Shown here: positions 40,430 through 53,700 of the stretch, piece by piece
Position numbering within the stretch: the first letter of the stretch is position 1
Layout: the number at the start of each line of letters is the position of its first letter
Assembly (NCBI GenBank): GCA_002633005.1
Contig: NMRA01000047.1
Span: 1-64,000 of the forward strand
Origin: Phoronis australis
Lineage: Eukaryota; Animalia; Phoronida
Direction: 5' to 3'
DNA length: 64,000 nt
Program-made: the position numbers and the translations under genes
Notes under the pieces: generated by a model
Database searches by the model: none
What the model saw: only the letters and a program-made list of their open reading frames with translations
Told to the model about the DNA's origin: nothing

Positions 40430-43095
40430 GTCAAAAAGTTAAGTGCACTTACACTTTGGAGAACCTTCATGAAATCTCCGTAACTGTGACTGGTCGAAGC
40501 ACGATTCTTCACAATTTACTGAGCACACCATGTCCTTTGAACTGATCGTTTACTACCATAACCGTTACGTGTCAAACTAATGAATTTTAATTACATCAGA
40601 CGGTGGACTCTCAACGATTTATTATTAGAATCATTGACGTGGAGAGCCTCGCAGATGATAACACCGTAGCTCAATCCAACATACTTCCTAAGGATCAGTC
40701 AATCCTACAATTCATCATACTAAATTTGGTTTCCTGCCCATAAGGACCTACATGTACCTGTATGCCACCTGGGGCAGCGATGACTTCGGTTGGTGTCAAA
40801 GCATTTGAACAACTGTACCCTACCTACTTCCTGATGACTTACTGGCATTGACTCCTTAGAACTGCATCTGAGACGTGGCCATGTTTTGCCAGTTCAAGAG
40901 TTGGGATGTGATCTCTGTTGTAGTGAATCAATTCGCGAGAATAGGTGGTTGGCAAGGTGATTTTAAAGTGAGTATTAAAACCGCGCACTAGCAAGCCATC
41001 TATCCGCTTAGTGTCAACTTTACAATTTTTGGCAGACAAACTTGAAGCAGTGACACTATCGAGAGTTGTCTGCAATGCATTGCAAAGCATGCGTATGATT
41101 GCGTATCAAAAAGTGCACAAGATTTCACGGGTAGGGCAAAGAAAAAAGGTTTCTGAGTAGGATGAGTACGGTGCAAAACTAATACAGGCAAAATTGAAAA
41201 CCTGACATCAAGAGGCGAATCTTTAAACATATCAGCATCACATAATGCATTATCGATAGAAATTTATGGTTGACAGTACCAGAATCCACATCCGAATTTT
41301 GGGATCGAATTCTCGAAAGATTAACTTTCAGACTGATATGCCGAATTTGACATTTCCTGTCGGTCACCATGAAGAAGAGTAGGACGAATTTTACTACGAC
41401 CGTTACAGACAAGCCCCTCGGTGCAATTTCCTGTCAAATGACCTTCGTGCAAACACCCACAGCAGAGCTTTTGCGGCCACTCAATGACTGGTTTACAAAG
41501 TTACTGTAATTTTCTAAGGTATGAATCTCTTTTCAAAACTAGCTTTTAAATGAGCTCTACACTTGGTTTGGCATTTGCACTTTCCTTAGTAGTAAGCGTG
41601 CTAGATCCACGGTAATTTTAGTGGTGTGACCAGAGTCGATACATTTAGATCTGCAACCAAATATGTGAAAGAGTGACACTCAATATTAGTCTCATTTACA
41701 ATATGATTCCTGGATTCAGAGACTGTGGGGAACCCTTCATTATGAACTTTCCAGTCGTTCACCAGCGAACCCCATTCATTCACTAGATAGTCTGGGAGTA
41801 GTACAAGTATTTTCCTGTTCTCACGACTGTGGTATGGGACATCCAAATTGATTTCCGTGTTACGTGAATCGCGGATTCACATTGAATCTGATGAAGTAAG
41901 TCGAAGAATTTACGCCGTGCACGACACCATCGAGAACAGGAATTTCAGGGCAGTTTTGAAGTTTGTCTCTGAAGGCACTTGATATTACGCGAGGGTCTTC
42001 GTATCTTTCCACGAAGAGTTTATGTCTTCCTCATAAGAAACAATTGCGTTAAGGAAAAAATTCTCTTCTCCAGCTTCTTTAACTGGTCCCAAAATGTATT
42101 CTGCAAGTAATACAATTTTTTGCAAGCACGTACTGAGCAACTATTTATCAGAGTTTCCACGATGCTTTTCAAGCCAAAACATTTAAGAAGATCGCCGCTA
42201 AACACCGGCAGGGGCAGACGCCCAAAACTTACCAGATCAATAATTCCTGCCATCGTATTAGACTCGACTAATTTAGTTTCTCGAGGACTATAGTCTATAA
42301 AAAGACCCGAAGCAGAGATTATGGGCGCATCAGGGGGTGAGTGAAACATTAAATTAAAGTTACATAGTTTTTAGAAGCGTTTATCAAATTATAAAGCACC
42401 AGGATTTAATATTTGACAGTCAGCTTTAAAAGAATGAGCCTCAGGATTATTCCACCCATGCAGCGTACTCTGACATGTAGCCTTTACCGTGATTTGGCAA
42501 ATAAATCCACACAACATTTCGAACTCATATTATCATTGACAGACATAGCCTTAACTCGGGCCTTAGCCAGTTCTATTTTCTTCTGCAATTGAATTTTCTC
42601 CATTTTCTCCAAGCTTTAGTTAACATAAAAATTCATATTTGTCCGCAATATAGCCAAGTCTGCAACTGTTTCAACAATTTCGTTCTGCAATCGTTTTGAC
42701 AAATTTGCCCCTAGCCCGTGTTAGACCCTTTGCGAGAACTCCTAAAGGAAGACTTTTTAGAACTATTATAACCAGTAGCATGAATTGAAAACTTGAATCA
42801 GTATCAAGTGCTACCTTATTTGGTACATTCATAAATTCCTTTCAGCTGCCATCAGTTTCGGTCGCGAAGTCCATGTCTGCATTTCCTCGTTCTGGTTTGG
42901 TCGCTGGCTGTCGTCTGACATCGTTGCCGACGCCGGCGTTGATTTAATGGACATCTTTTTCGGCGTGGTCGGGGACTGATGACGCAAAACTTACAGTGAC
43001 AATAGAACGGGTCTGCGCACGACACTCGGTCCTAAGTTTGACATTAAGTTTCACAGCAGCTGAGCGTCGCTCGAAAATTGACGAGAGGTTTTACG
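40430..43095 (-). mobile_element. Old, heavily decayed BEL/Pao element (gag-protease region)
   Basis: RLPLPVFSGD...ETLI...KKLYYL (DUF1759); ENRKILVLLPDYLVNEW; VRGFN...LPTTYSRELI...HIPT; GYSCSNALTPTEVI...GPYG. Confidence 0.8.
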
Positions 43096-43195
43096 TGATC
43101 GTTTACTGAAAGTAAAAGGCAATATCGCACACACATGCAAAGTTCCATTTCTAAGTCCTATCTGACCATTCCAAGTTGAACAAGGAATTGTTTAA

Positions 43196-43455
43196 AGGAG
43201 AATGCCACCCAATTTATTTCGTTTTTTACCGTTATAATCGGTCTAAGTCCATATCACCTCGTATACGGTCGATCTCACCTCGCCGAGAGGTGTCGCGTTA
43301 ACCTGGGAGGAAGGTGAGTACACAACGCAGCGACGTCAGTGATTTTTCAGTTGAGTGGGTGCGAACAATGAAGATGCGAGGAAAGCGGGTATATCGTTCC
43401 TTCGATTTTCTCGAGAACCCGAAATGCTACAGAAGTGGCTCACGACAAAATGTTT
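43196..43455 (+). mobile_element. Kolobok-like 5' end fragment with THAP remnant
   Basis: TTAA|aggagaatgccaccc terminus; aligns with 61447 onward; GISFLRFSREPEMLQKWL. Confidence 0.62.
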
Positions 43456-43544
43456 TATACCACAATATTCGTGTCAAATGGCAAATACAACCGTGTAATA
43501 ACCCATTTAGTTATCTCACTAGTGAGATAACATTTTGGCGGGAA

Positions 43545-43613
43545 ACCGAGGCCGGTTTCGAACCAGGGCCTCAAGAGTTTCGAGTCGCCGACTTTACCAC
43601 TACACCACTCAGC
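43545..43613 (-). pseudogene. tRNA-like sequence (SINE head or tRNA pseudogene); second copy at about 44403-44473
   Basis: GCTGAG-TGGTGTAGTGG(A box)...CCTGGTTCGAAACCGG(B box)-CTCGGT; anticodon arm does not pair well. Confidence 0.6.
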
Positions 43614-45106
43614 AGCTGACGTCATCGAACGTGAAAATAGAATACTTAAATGAGCACGCGCAACAATCGCATGTTCTGCAAATAGCATTTCACAGACATT
43701 CATACGCTATGAAATATACTGAAGACGCATAATTTCCATAAAAACGATATTTTAATTCAGTGGAAATTTTCTTTCGTGTTCTCTCACCTCTAAATCACCA
43801 ATCTCCAATTTGAATGCGGATATCATGTCGTCGGGACCCTTTTTCTTGAGCATTATACTCAGTTACTAGTGGCAACCTACTTTAGCAGACAATATTTTCC
43901 CCGCCGGCAGAAGCTTAACGTGATAAAATGTGCAGTAAGCTACAGTAGTTGCTACTCTGCTTAAATTTTCAATTGGTTTTGAGTAAAGGCATTATTTGAC
44001 AAAAATAACTCGGCTTTTCTTAAAAGGTCACGACCTCCGTCCCCGGGCCTCTGACATAGAAAGTAGTTACAAAGCCGAGGCCAGTCGAGAAAGGTAGATC
44101 GATTCATTGCAATGTTTCTCGTTCAGTATGTGGTATGAATAGATTATTACATGTTCTCGTGGATTTTGTAGAATTATCACCCTCGGGGCTAATGCCCCTC
44201 GGGCGATAATTCTACAAAATCCACTCGGGCTCTAGATAACGGGAGATAACGACTTCGCCATGTAATATATCTATATGTAGCAGCCATTCGAGGCTAATAC
44301 TGTGATATTGATATAGACTATACCACAGTATTAGCCTGGAATGGCCAACCGTGTAATAACCCATTTAGTCACCTCACTAGTGAGATAACATTTTGGCGGG
44401 AAACTGAGGCAGGTTCCCAACCCCGGCCGCAAGAGTTTCGGTCGTCGACTTTACCACTACACCACTCAGCGGCTGACGTCATCGAACGTGAAAATAAAAT
44501 ACTTAGATGAGCACATGCAACAATCGCATGTTGAACAACGGGCACTGTACCGAAATTTATACGCTATGAAAAATGAGAAGCATAATTTCCATAAAAGCGA
44601 CATTTTAATTCAGTGAAAATTTTCTCTCATGTTCTCTCACTTGTAAATCACCAATCTCCTGTTTGAATTCGGATATCGTGTCGTCAGAATCCTTTGGCTT
44701 GAGCATTATACTCAGTTACTAGTGGTAATCTTCTTTAGGAGACGATATATTGCCGGTTGAAACTTGGCGTGATAAAATGTGTAGTAAGCTATGTTAGTAG
44801 CTAAACCTTAATTGATAGATTCACTCTTAACCACAAACTGAACGAGAAACATTGCACTAAATCGACCTACCTTTCTCGACTCGCCTCGGCTTTGTAACTG
44901 ATTTTTATGGCACAGGCCCAGGGTCGGAGGTCGTGACCTTTTAAGAAAAGCCGAGCTATTTTTGTCAAATAATGCTTTTACTCAAAACCAATTGAAAATT
45001 TAAACAAAACAGAAATAAAGTGAATCTATAATAGCTTACTACACATTTTATCACGATAAGCTTCGACCGTGAAAATATCGTCTGCTAAAGTAGGTTACCC
45101 TGTTAA

Positions 45107-46066
45107 AGTGTACACAACATGACTCTAGTACCTCAAAATAAATTTTATTATTATATCTTACTTGATTTCAGTGCCTTTAGTGCACAGCTCATAAAGAAAC
45201 ACGCAAAAATTGAAAAAAATATTAATTATGTACAACGTCATGGGTTGAACCAAAGTCGTTCGCCATACCGTTCGGATCAGAGACAAAGTGTATAGATTGA
45301 AGAGAATGCAAAGTACATTTAGCGTCGAGAAGGTTCGTAGAGGGATCAAAAGATGTGTTTCCGGAGCCTGCAGCAACAACATCCAGGCGGAAACTTCTCG
45401 GTGTTCCGAAGGACACCAAAGTTGCGCAGAAGTGGCATGACTTCGTGCGCCGAACGAGAGTGTGGGACGTCATCGTGGACCAAGCGATTCGGTCCGGGGC
45501 CACTCTGTGTTCTGCCCACTTTGAGGACACGTGTTTCGACTCCAGTCACAGGAGACGTTACGATGAAGGCCTGGTTCAATAAAGGGCAATATTTATCATT
45601 CAGAAACATCAGCTCAGGATCGTCTGTTGGATGACTGGGTTCAGTTGACTCGCCGAGCCCGAGGCCGCTTCTCTCGCGGGAGGATCCAGTTCATAAGGCT
45701 CAAAGTAGAAAAGTACGCAGCCGGAAGCACATTAAACTTGTTCTCGCTTTCGTGCAACCCCATTTCCTCATCCTGGCCACCATTCCCATACGTTTCTTCA
45801 TAGTATTCGTTCAATTCTTGCTCTTAATCATCGTCACTTTCAAATTCCCTGGTCTCCGCCATTGTTCAATGCTAGTCACTGATCTCTTGTGTTCAACCCA
45901 TGACGTCACATGGCGGGAAATGTGAAAATTGGCAAAATTGAAAGAAAAATCAAAATTTTGAGCTAATTACACAAAATAAACATGGGTTTAGCTAAATTTT
46001 ACGTCATACATTTAGTCTGTGGCCACCGGTAATTCAAAATGTGCAAAAATCCATGGTGTGTACTGT
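45107..46066 (+). mobile_element. Kolobok-type non-autonomous element
   Basis: TTAA at 45103-45106 and 46067-46070, splitting a host repeat; imperfect TIR gtacaca(a/c)catg. THAP remnant on + (RCVSGACSN..PKD..KW..LCSAHFEDTCF); acidic ORF start with a YFEP-like motif on - (KolX-like). Confidence 0.78.
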
Positions 46067-46535
46067 TTAACTGAATATAATGCTCAAGTCAAAGGATCCC
46101 GACGACACGATACCCGCTTTCGTATTGGAGATCGGTGATTTACAAATGAGAGGACATGAGAGAAATATTTCACTGAATTCAAACATCGTGTTTAAGGAAA
46201 TTATGCGTCTTATTTCATAGCGGGACTATGTTTTATTATGAAATGTTTTGTACAGTGTTTTATTTTATATATACTCACATATTTGTGTTAGTGATGTCAA
46301 TGTCTTACACTCGGCGATCTTCTATTTCAACTGCCATCTGAAGAAAGACCTTTATGTAGACAATACGGAAGTTTGTTGAACAAGCTATTTAAGGCCAAGA
46401 ACAGCTAAATTTTCAATGATTTCAATGAAACATGTATAAAATAAGGTCTGCTACCCAAATACACATATATACATGTACGTGTATATGTGACACATGAACA
46501 TGTATGTGTATATGTTGTTATCCCATACGCGTTGA

Positions 46536-47537
46536 GAGAAATACGGCCATGTAATAAAGTTTTCCGTATTTACCTCCCGCACTACTTCAACAGTGAACTC
46601 TGACATGGAAAGTTCAAAAGGTAGGTCAATGTAGACTCGACGTCTTTAGCCGGTTCGATCATGAATCTTTCGGAAAATAGTTTAAGGTAATGGAATTATA
46701 GCAGTGTTAATAACGCTCAACATACAATCAGGTCTCAATCATAACTTCTGGAACATAACTGTTGATTATATGACAATTCTGTCTCAGTTTTCATTTGATA
46801 AATAGTTTATCGTCTGCAACTCAGGTGACGATTCCTCGATAACTACAATATCAAATATTGTTGGTATTTAACTATTTTCAGGAGATGTTACTAGTTCAAT
46901 GAAAAGTTACCCTTGTTTTCATCTTTGTTATCTCTTTTCCAGTAATAAATCGTCACAATTAAACTGTTTCTTTTACTCGAAAAAACTTGCAGGCTAACGC
47001 GCAAGTACATACATATAGGATGTGATCCGCCACGTGAACAGTCTGAGTGAAGTATTTAAAAAATCTGCGGAAAAAATGAAAGAAACTTAAGAATTAGAAG
47101 CGTATGGGATAAATACAAAACGTACCTCGACTGGCGTACATGAAGTGATATCCCACTCGACATTATTACGCTTATCGGAATAATGCCTCGTGGGATAGTT
47201 AAATAACAACAATATTTGATATGGTAGTTACCAAGGAATTGGCGCCTGAGTTGCAGACGATATAATAATATTTAGAAAATGAAATCTGAGACAGAACTGT
47301 CATATGTTTAACAGTCGTGTTCCAGATGTTACGATTGAGACCTGATTGCATGTTGGGTGTTATTTACACTGATGAAATTGTATCACTTCAAACTATTTTC
47401 GGAAAGATTGATGATCTAACCAGCTAACGACGTCGAGTCGACATAGCCCTACCTTTTGCACTTTACATGTCAGAGGTTACTGTTGAAGTATTAGGGGAGG
47501 TGAATACGAAAAAATATTACATGACCGTAATTTGCTC
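46536..47537. repeat. Foldback element with diverged ~340-bp inverted arms
   Basis: 46536-46875 is the imperfect reverse complement of 47195-47537, e.g. tacttcaacagt..ctctgacatg / catgtcagag..actgttgaagta. Confidence 0.82.
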
Positions 47538-47683
47538 CTCAGATTCAATGTGATAAATATATATATTGCATGAAAACTAGGCTAATTACATAGAAGGCAA
47601 TGTAAATCGTTCCAACACTACACTGGAGATTTGTATTTTCAATAAAAACGACCTACAAATTAGCGCACATAGAGACAATCAGT

Positions 47684-48363
47684 TTAAGTCATTACTTTTA
47701 GCTTCTTCATAAATTCTGTGTTCAGAGACTCAGGTAGGTCGTAATACACTTTTCGTATATCTGTTTGATTCCTCACGAATACCATGTCATCAGCATCAAC
47801 TCTATCATTAGCACCACTCCATATAGTCAACGTGTACCTATCTGACTGGTCCAACAACCATTTAATATGTGTCCATGATTGCCTTACCGCGGCAGCACGA
47901 ACGGGAAATGTAACAGGCTGGGTTAATTTATTGCATATTGCCGCCATTTCTGTCACCATGGCACGAGTGTATCCTTTATCCGCAGCCGTATTGGTCCAAT
48001 GAGTTGTCCATCCCAGAGATAGCGTACATTGGGGGAACCTTTCAATAACTGTCGGAACGAACAGGCTTGCGTTGGCTTTGGACCTGTTAGTGTTTATACC
48101 CGTAAGTATATCCATGTTGAACCAGATGGGTTGGCGAATATCATCTCTTTTTGATACTAAAATATCCAACACTGGTCCAACAGCACCCATGCTTTTAAAA
48201 TCCAGCTTCATACCTTTGGTCGTTTTTAGAACCTCCGTCAGCCAGTCTTCAAATGTATTATCACTGTCGACCAGTGGAGGGTGAGCCATAACTGGAATGT
48301 CTACTTGATTCGGGGTACCCTGGCCCCTGAGCAGAATGTCAGTCTCAAGCATCATAACATCAC
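47684..48363 (-). CDS. FAM151B: FAM151/Menorin family (DUF2181, PLC-like phosphodiesterase fold), last coding exon
   Basis: MLETD, PVMAHPP..SD.TFEDWL, KGMKLDFKS, PIWFNMDILTG, LSLGWTT, QPVTFPVRA, YTLTIWS, VYYDLP. Acceptor ttttag|G in phase 1; stop TAA. Symbol indicates family; orthology not established. Confidence 0.95.
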
Positions 48364-49266
48364 CTAAAATTAGAGAAGACATGGTGAGAATCGCCAAAGC
48401 GACACTGCAATCAGAATCCAAGGATTTAGAAAGAATTACACAATACCACCATCTAAAAATGACCTGCTAGTGATAACATCTTTGGTAAAATATCAATTCA
48501 GATCCCAACCGAAGTGGAATCAAACATTCAGAATTAGCTGTTGGTACCTGAAAAGCTCATGTAACAATCAATGATGCTTGTTTCAATAACGAGCTTCTTT
48601 TGGAGATGACAGTGATCTGCTTGGACTCCTTGCAACCAATAGGTTGATTTGGCTTTTTATCTCTGTCCCTTCCCCCAGAGAGCTTTATGATGATTTGCCA
48701 TATCTTTTCTAGGTCCTAGGGTTATATGGAGACTAACATTTCTGACCTCTCGTCCTGCCACCCCTGATTACAAAAAATAGCATTTCAAAGATAATTGGAG
48801 ACTTCCCAGTACCAACGTGACACTAATCACGCAGGACTGTATACTAGTGGCTTCTAAAGGACACATCACATCTAATCACGTGCGTGATACCTTGACACAC
48901 ATTTCTGTAAGTCACCCGCTTCGAAGAAGAACTACATTTTAATGCAGCCAGGTGTGGTGATTGAGAATCACTGGTACCAACAGCGCCTGCATGTAAGTCT
49001 CCCGTTGAATAATGCAGTATGCATGAACAGTTCATATTCATACCTCTATGCAACACCATCCTTAAAAACATTGTTTTGGTTCATGCTTTGTCCAGTTTTA
49101 GATACAAGTTAGCGTTTCTACACATAATGAAGTTCATGGGAATTCATTAACTACTCCAGCAGGGGTATTTATTGCCACTAACTTATTATTTTTTCCAGTT
49201 TGAAATGTCATAGAGTTATCTTAATTATAGTGCTGCCTGGGATTTCAGTTCTTAGTGAATACCTAC

Positions 49267-49410
49267 TTTTGAGAGCATCTTGCAGCTGAGACTTGTTGTT
49301 GGCACCGTGAGCCCATGTGATATCCAGACTGTCACTGACATTGAAGAACTCCAGGAGAGACATGGCAGCATAGTTGGGCTGTTTTTCTTTCTGAGAGCCA
49401 GACAGTTGTG
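49267..49410 (-). CDS. FAM151B: FAM151/Menorin family, coding exon 2
   Basis: 144 bp, phase 1-1, ttccag| ... |gtaggt. QLSGSQKEKQPNYAAMSLLEFFNVSDSLDITWAHGANNKSQLQDALK includes the conserved ITW.H.AN motif. Confidence 0.92.
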
Positions 49411-49517
49411 CTGGAAAATTGAAGCGCGGAAATAGAGTTTTAACTCTTAAAAGACGGACTTGTCATCCCATAACATAACCGTTTTGTGGGAAAAGGGGCA
49501 GTACAGCAGAGATTAAG

Positions 49518-49576
49518 AATACAATACAATACAATACAATACAATACAATACAATTCAATGCAATACAATGCAATA
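49518..49576. repeat. (AATAC)n microsatellite, intronic
   Basis: Direct observation. Confidence 0.9.
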
Positions 49577-50636
49577 TAATAACCCTTCTTGAACTGTTAA
49601 ATTGGCGATCGTGGTATGCAGGAGGTTCCATCAATTAATTCACCAATGAAACGGCGACTGTAATATTGTGTATTTTATGAATGAACAGTCAGTAGCACTT
49701 CCACAGTACTCAGCCAAAGATGCTTATCTCCATAAAAGAAAAAAAATATCATGAAATAGTACAAATAATCCAGAAGGCAGATCATTATATCTGGGTTTAC
49801 ATTTAGTAGGAAAAATATGGATGCCTGCAAGCGTCATCTGAAGATGAGAAACATCAAAGTTGCAGATTGGGAAGCTGTGGGATCCGATCGCAGCAGGTGG
49901 AGGTAGATTGTCAACTCATGAACTGAAACCATTGAGCAAAGGAAAGAAGAAAAACGGGCACTACTTAAAGAATATCATAAGACAGCTGCTACTGTTCAGT
50001 ACCTACCAAGTGACAGCTGCAACAGAACCTGCCGATCTAGAATCGGACTTTTTAGCCGCAGCCGGCGCTGCAGGCCAACCAGTGACTGACAGAGGGCGCA
50101 TGTCCATTGTATCTCGAGACTGACGGCTGCCAGTCATATCTAATTAGTTGATACACAGTATTCTAATAAATACCAGACAATAAAAAACCTAGCAACGATC
50201 AACAAAAACAATAATACCTGAAAATTAGCCAAGTCTGAAACTCAACAAAAACAGAATGCTAAGGTCACGTAGGATTCATCGGCTACTTAGGAGCATCGTG
50301 CTTCAGAAATGGGTAAAGCCATTCATATGAAACTTCCATATACTCTGCCTTGTGACTTGTTCTTAAAAATGCTTTTGAACGAGGGAAATCAATGCATTAT
50401 CTGTTGTTCGTTTGTCGTGTTTCAATTCCGTTGAAGACGATATTTTCACATTTTGTTACGTAGAATAGAGATTCTAGTTTTGTATATGTTCAAATATGAA
50501 GTGAGTAGAAACTTTGAAAATTCTGTCTCGGTTGGCACTGTCAAGTCTTCAGCAACACCTTTTTCAAATCTCTTGAACGGTTTCGAAATCAAACAGTCAT
50601 TCAGTTTTCCCAGACAGGTAGCACCATTCAACTTAC

Positions 50637-50733
50637 TGGTAATAACTAGAAAGGAAACTGTTGCTACGGTGGCCAGTGCCATCGCGACTGAAGGAACCAC
50701 GTGCCTTAGTGCCATCCATCGGCGACGCTCCAT
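50637..50733 (-). CDS. FAM151B: FAM151/Menorin family, first coding exon (signal anchor or signal peptide)
   Basis: MERRRWMALRHVVPSVAMALATVATVSFLVIT with phase-1 donor A|gtaagt; acceptor tttccag at 50759. Splicing 97+144+680 nt gives 921 nt in frame (306 aa). Confidence 0.8.
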
Positions 50734-53700
50734 GATGCCAGGCTGATGTGGCGAGAGTCTGGAAAGGAATAAATAAATCTTGTCATTTGATTCTTTTTCA
50801 TCTTTCTGAGAATAAAAATGAGACGGAAATAGTTCCCACGATGGCATCTTGATCAAATGTCTCAATACTCGTGTTCTAACTGTGTCGTATTTTATTGATG
50901 ACTTTGACGTCATAGAACTATTGCTTCATACTCCCCTCAGGTAGAATTGGCCTCATCAGTAGTATGGCTTCGACAGCTTCAGCCATAGATTCTATCAGGC
51001 CAATTTGTGACTAGGCAAATTATAGACTTTTGAATCAACATGTCAAGTTGTTTACTCGTCTTGCTGGTTCATTGAATATGCAAGAGATATGGCACCATGA
51101 TATTCCACAAGCCTTGACTTCTTAACCTAATCAAAAGCGACCGAAAAATCCATAAAGGATATCAGGGTGATTCTTCACTTACTTAGCACACAATATGGCC
51201 GACAAGTGAAATTCTATTTTGTCAAACCTCTCCACAAAAAGAGATTATTAAGGAAGTTTTAGTCTATTAGTAGCATAGTTTGTAATGTGTAGATATCATA
51301 GAACAACATTTCGAAAATTTCACATTATTTGCAGTAAGTAAAGTAGCCAAAGAGAGACAGAGATGTGATGTGGAGTTGGGTATAATTAATTAATCGTTTC
51401 TGTGACTCTCAGTTAATGTGTGCATGTAACTTTTTGGAGCGGTGCCAGTACGGGAAATGTTACCTTTTTAAGGCGTTTGTGATGAACTTGGAATGCTATA
51501 TTTCTACACCATGGAAGGTATTTTCAACCTTTTTTAGATTTCATTCAAAACTAGTAACAATTCCTGTTATAACCTCTGAAAGGAAAAATGGAGTGGGTCA
51601 GACTTGATTGCAATTGTATGGGCTAAATTGGAGTGATTCCCTGGAATGGTGTTTACTAGTTACTTGAAATGGGTTTAGTAAAAGTCCACTCATTTAGTAC
51701 CTTTGTCTGATTTAACAAGATATGGACGTCCTACAAATTTAACAAAGAACGCTTTCAGTTGTTGTTCCGCTTTGTAAAACACCGGAAAACACCACTGAGG
51801 ACAACTTTAGTTTTATTCCGTGAGAATTCTTGCATAGTCTCAGCATGTACCTACAGGAGGTACACTGGTCACTTGTGCTTGAATTCACTAACACTAATTC
51901 CCAAAAATATAATAGGTTCTAGCCCAGAAAAGTCGTGGTCGTTAGAATGCCTATTTTTGAAAAAGTTAATTTGGTCAATTGAAAGCTGACGCGTTTGTTG
52001 ACATATTTCAAAGCTTTGCGAAAACTACTGTCTAGTTTCAAATTTGAACAATTCAAAACCATTCAAATTGGTAGTAAAAAATCATAATACTGCAACTTCA
52101 ATTGAAGATTTGATAGCAATGTTTCAGCACATTGGCTCTGCCAAACTGGCAGTTGAAAAGCAGACCAAGTGCGGAAGAATCACCCGGGGTCATGTTATGA
52201 TGTGTCATGTATGTCTTCGACAAGAGGTTTTGTCTTCAAGTCTTAATCACCCCTACAGTCCAAAGATTTCAACATTTAAAATCTGATTTCGTTACTAACG
52301 TGGGCATACAAGTCAATGACATGACAGTGGGCAGCGTTAATAGCCAACGATGCAACCTTTTTCGTAGATTCATCAAGAATAATTCCCGATCGGAATTTTC
52401 GTGGCTTGATCTACTGTAATAATGCTACTAAAGCGTGTGGTGTAGTAAAGATAAAACTTATATACTCTACTTTATTTATCTCTCCAAGCAGTGCCTGGTT
52501 ACAAGTCTGGGGACTATTGGTCGTCGTCTTTTATGGATGCTACAAGATGACGATGACGTGGATCCTCGAAAAATGAACAACAAGCAGGCGCACAACGTTT
52601 TACATTTGTCGATTTCTTGAAATATGCAATGGGATGTTTGTTTTGAAGTCGCATCATCCAATTATTGCAGTATTGCTTACTTACGTCAGCTAACCCTAAT
52701 TATGCCATTTTTCCCCAGTATATAGTTACCTAAATTTCCATATCAACATAGATGAGAAAACGTCAAGTCCATTATTTTAATTAACTTATTCACCATAATG
52801 CATATCGCATTTTCAATATCTATGCGGTTTTTCGTAAAGAGTTTCTTGGCTTAATTTTACTGTTTCCCAGACCTTGTTTGGTTAGGTCTTGCGTGATTTT
52901 TCTTACCAAAATAATATAATACAGTATCAAAATCGTTGTCGTTGTATTTACATACCGTGTGTGAGTATTTAGACACATGATTGGTCAAAATGAACACCAC
53001 GTGTCCACCTGAAAACACTGGATTAAAACAAACGAAGAGATTATTTTTTCAAAGCACTATTTGCTCTCAAGTGTTTTGCATATGCATGTTAAATATGTCC
53101 GAGATCACATTAATTGAGTAAAACCCAAGGTTACAACAATCACATCAACTTGAGGGTCAATATCCAAAGGACTAACGACAGAAAATGAGATTCACGCTCT
53201 TCCAATTCTCAAAATCAAATTGGAACATCAAACCACCTAAATAAATAAATAATTCGAACATGGAAATCTTACCATTGTTCGGACGTGTATAAAGATGATA
53301 CATTTTGTAGTCATATCCGTTTACATCGGTGTTTGAAAATGTTTAAAAACGGGACCTCGTAACCAACCCACTGTGAGTACCAAAAATCCCAAATTCATAT
53401 GACATATGCTCCTTTCTTAAAATTAAGCAATTCAGCACTCGAGGATTCCGACTCGCATTGCCACTGATAAGAATAGAACTTTTGAATACATGTATGTCAA
53501 TTTCAGAGAAATTCAAAAGCTTACACAAGTATTTTGTAATTTTTGACATTCTTTTTGTCCTCTTAAATGCTCTCCTCTACTAGTAACATTGGGTGCCGCT
53601 CTCAATAAATTCACCAAAACTTGTATATCACAGCCCTCATGACGGCGTAAGACTTATGTTTCAAACTGAGTTATGGCGGTCGTAGCAGAGAAACATTTCA

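Larger units (their letters stand above)
43488..46250. repeat. Composite direct and inverted repeat cluster
   Basis: 43488-43960 repeats directly at 44348-44795. 43720-44115 recurs inverted at 44850-45102 plus 46071-46250. Hairpins at 44159-44224 and 44283-44345. Confidence 0.8.

Noticed and set aside
43545-43613. Functional tRNA gene
   Set aside because: The anticodon stem does not pair, it is embedded in a repeated unit, and the second copy has a damaged B box.
48364-48421. N-terminal extension of ORF 47684-48421 as the FAM151 start
   Set aside because: It begins at a non-ATG codon and reads through an intron acceptor; the conserved N-terminus lies in exon 49267-49410.
50446-50913. 155-aa standalone membrane protein ORF
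   Set aside because: Only 50637-50733 looks coding; it is bounded by strong splice sites and the rest is intron read-through.
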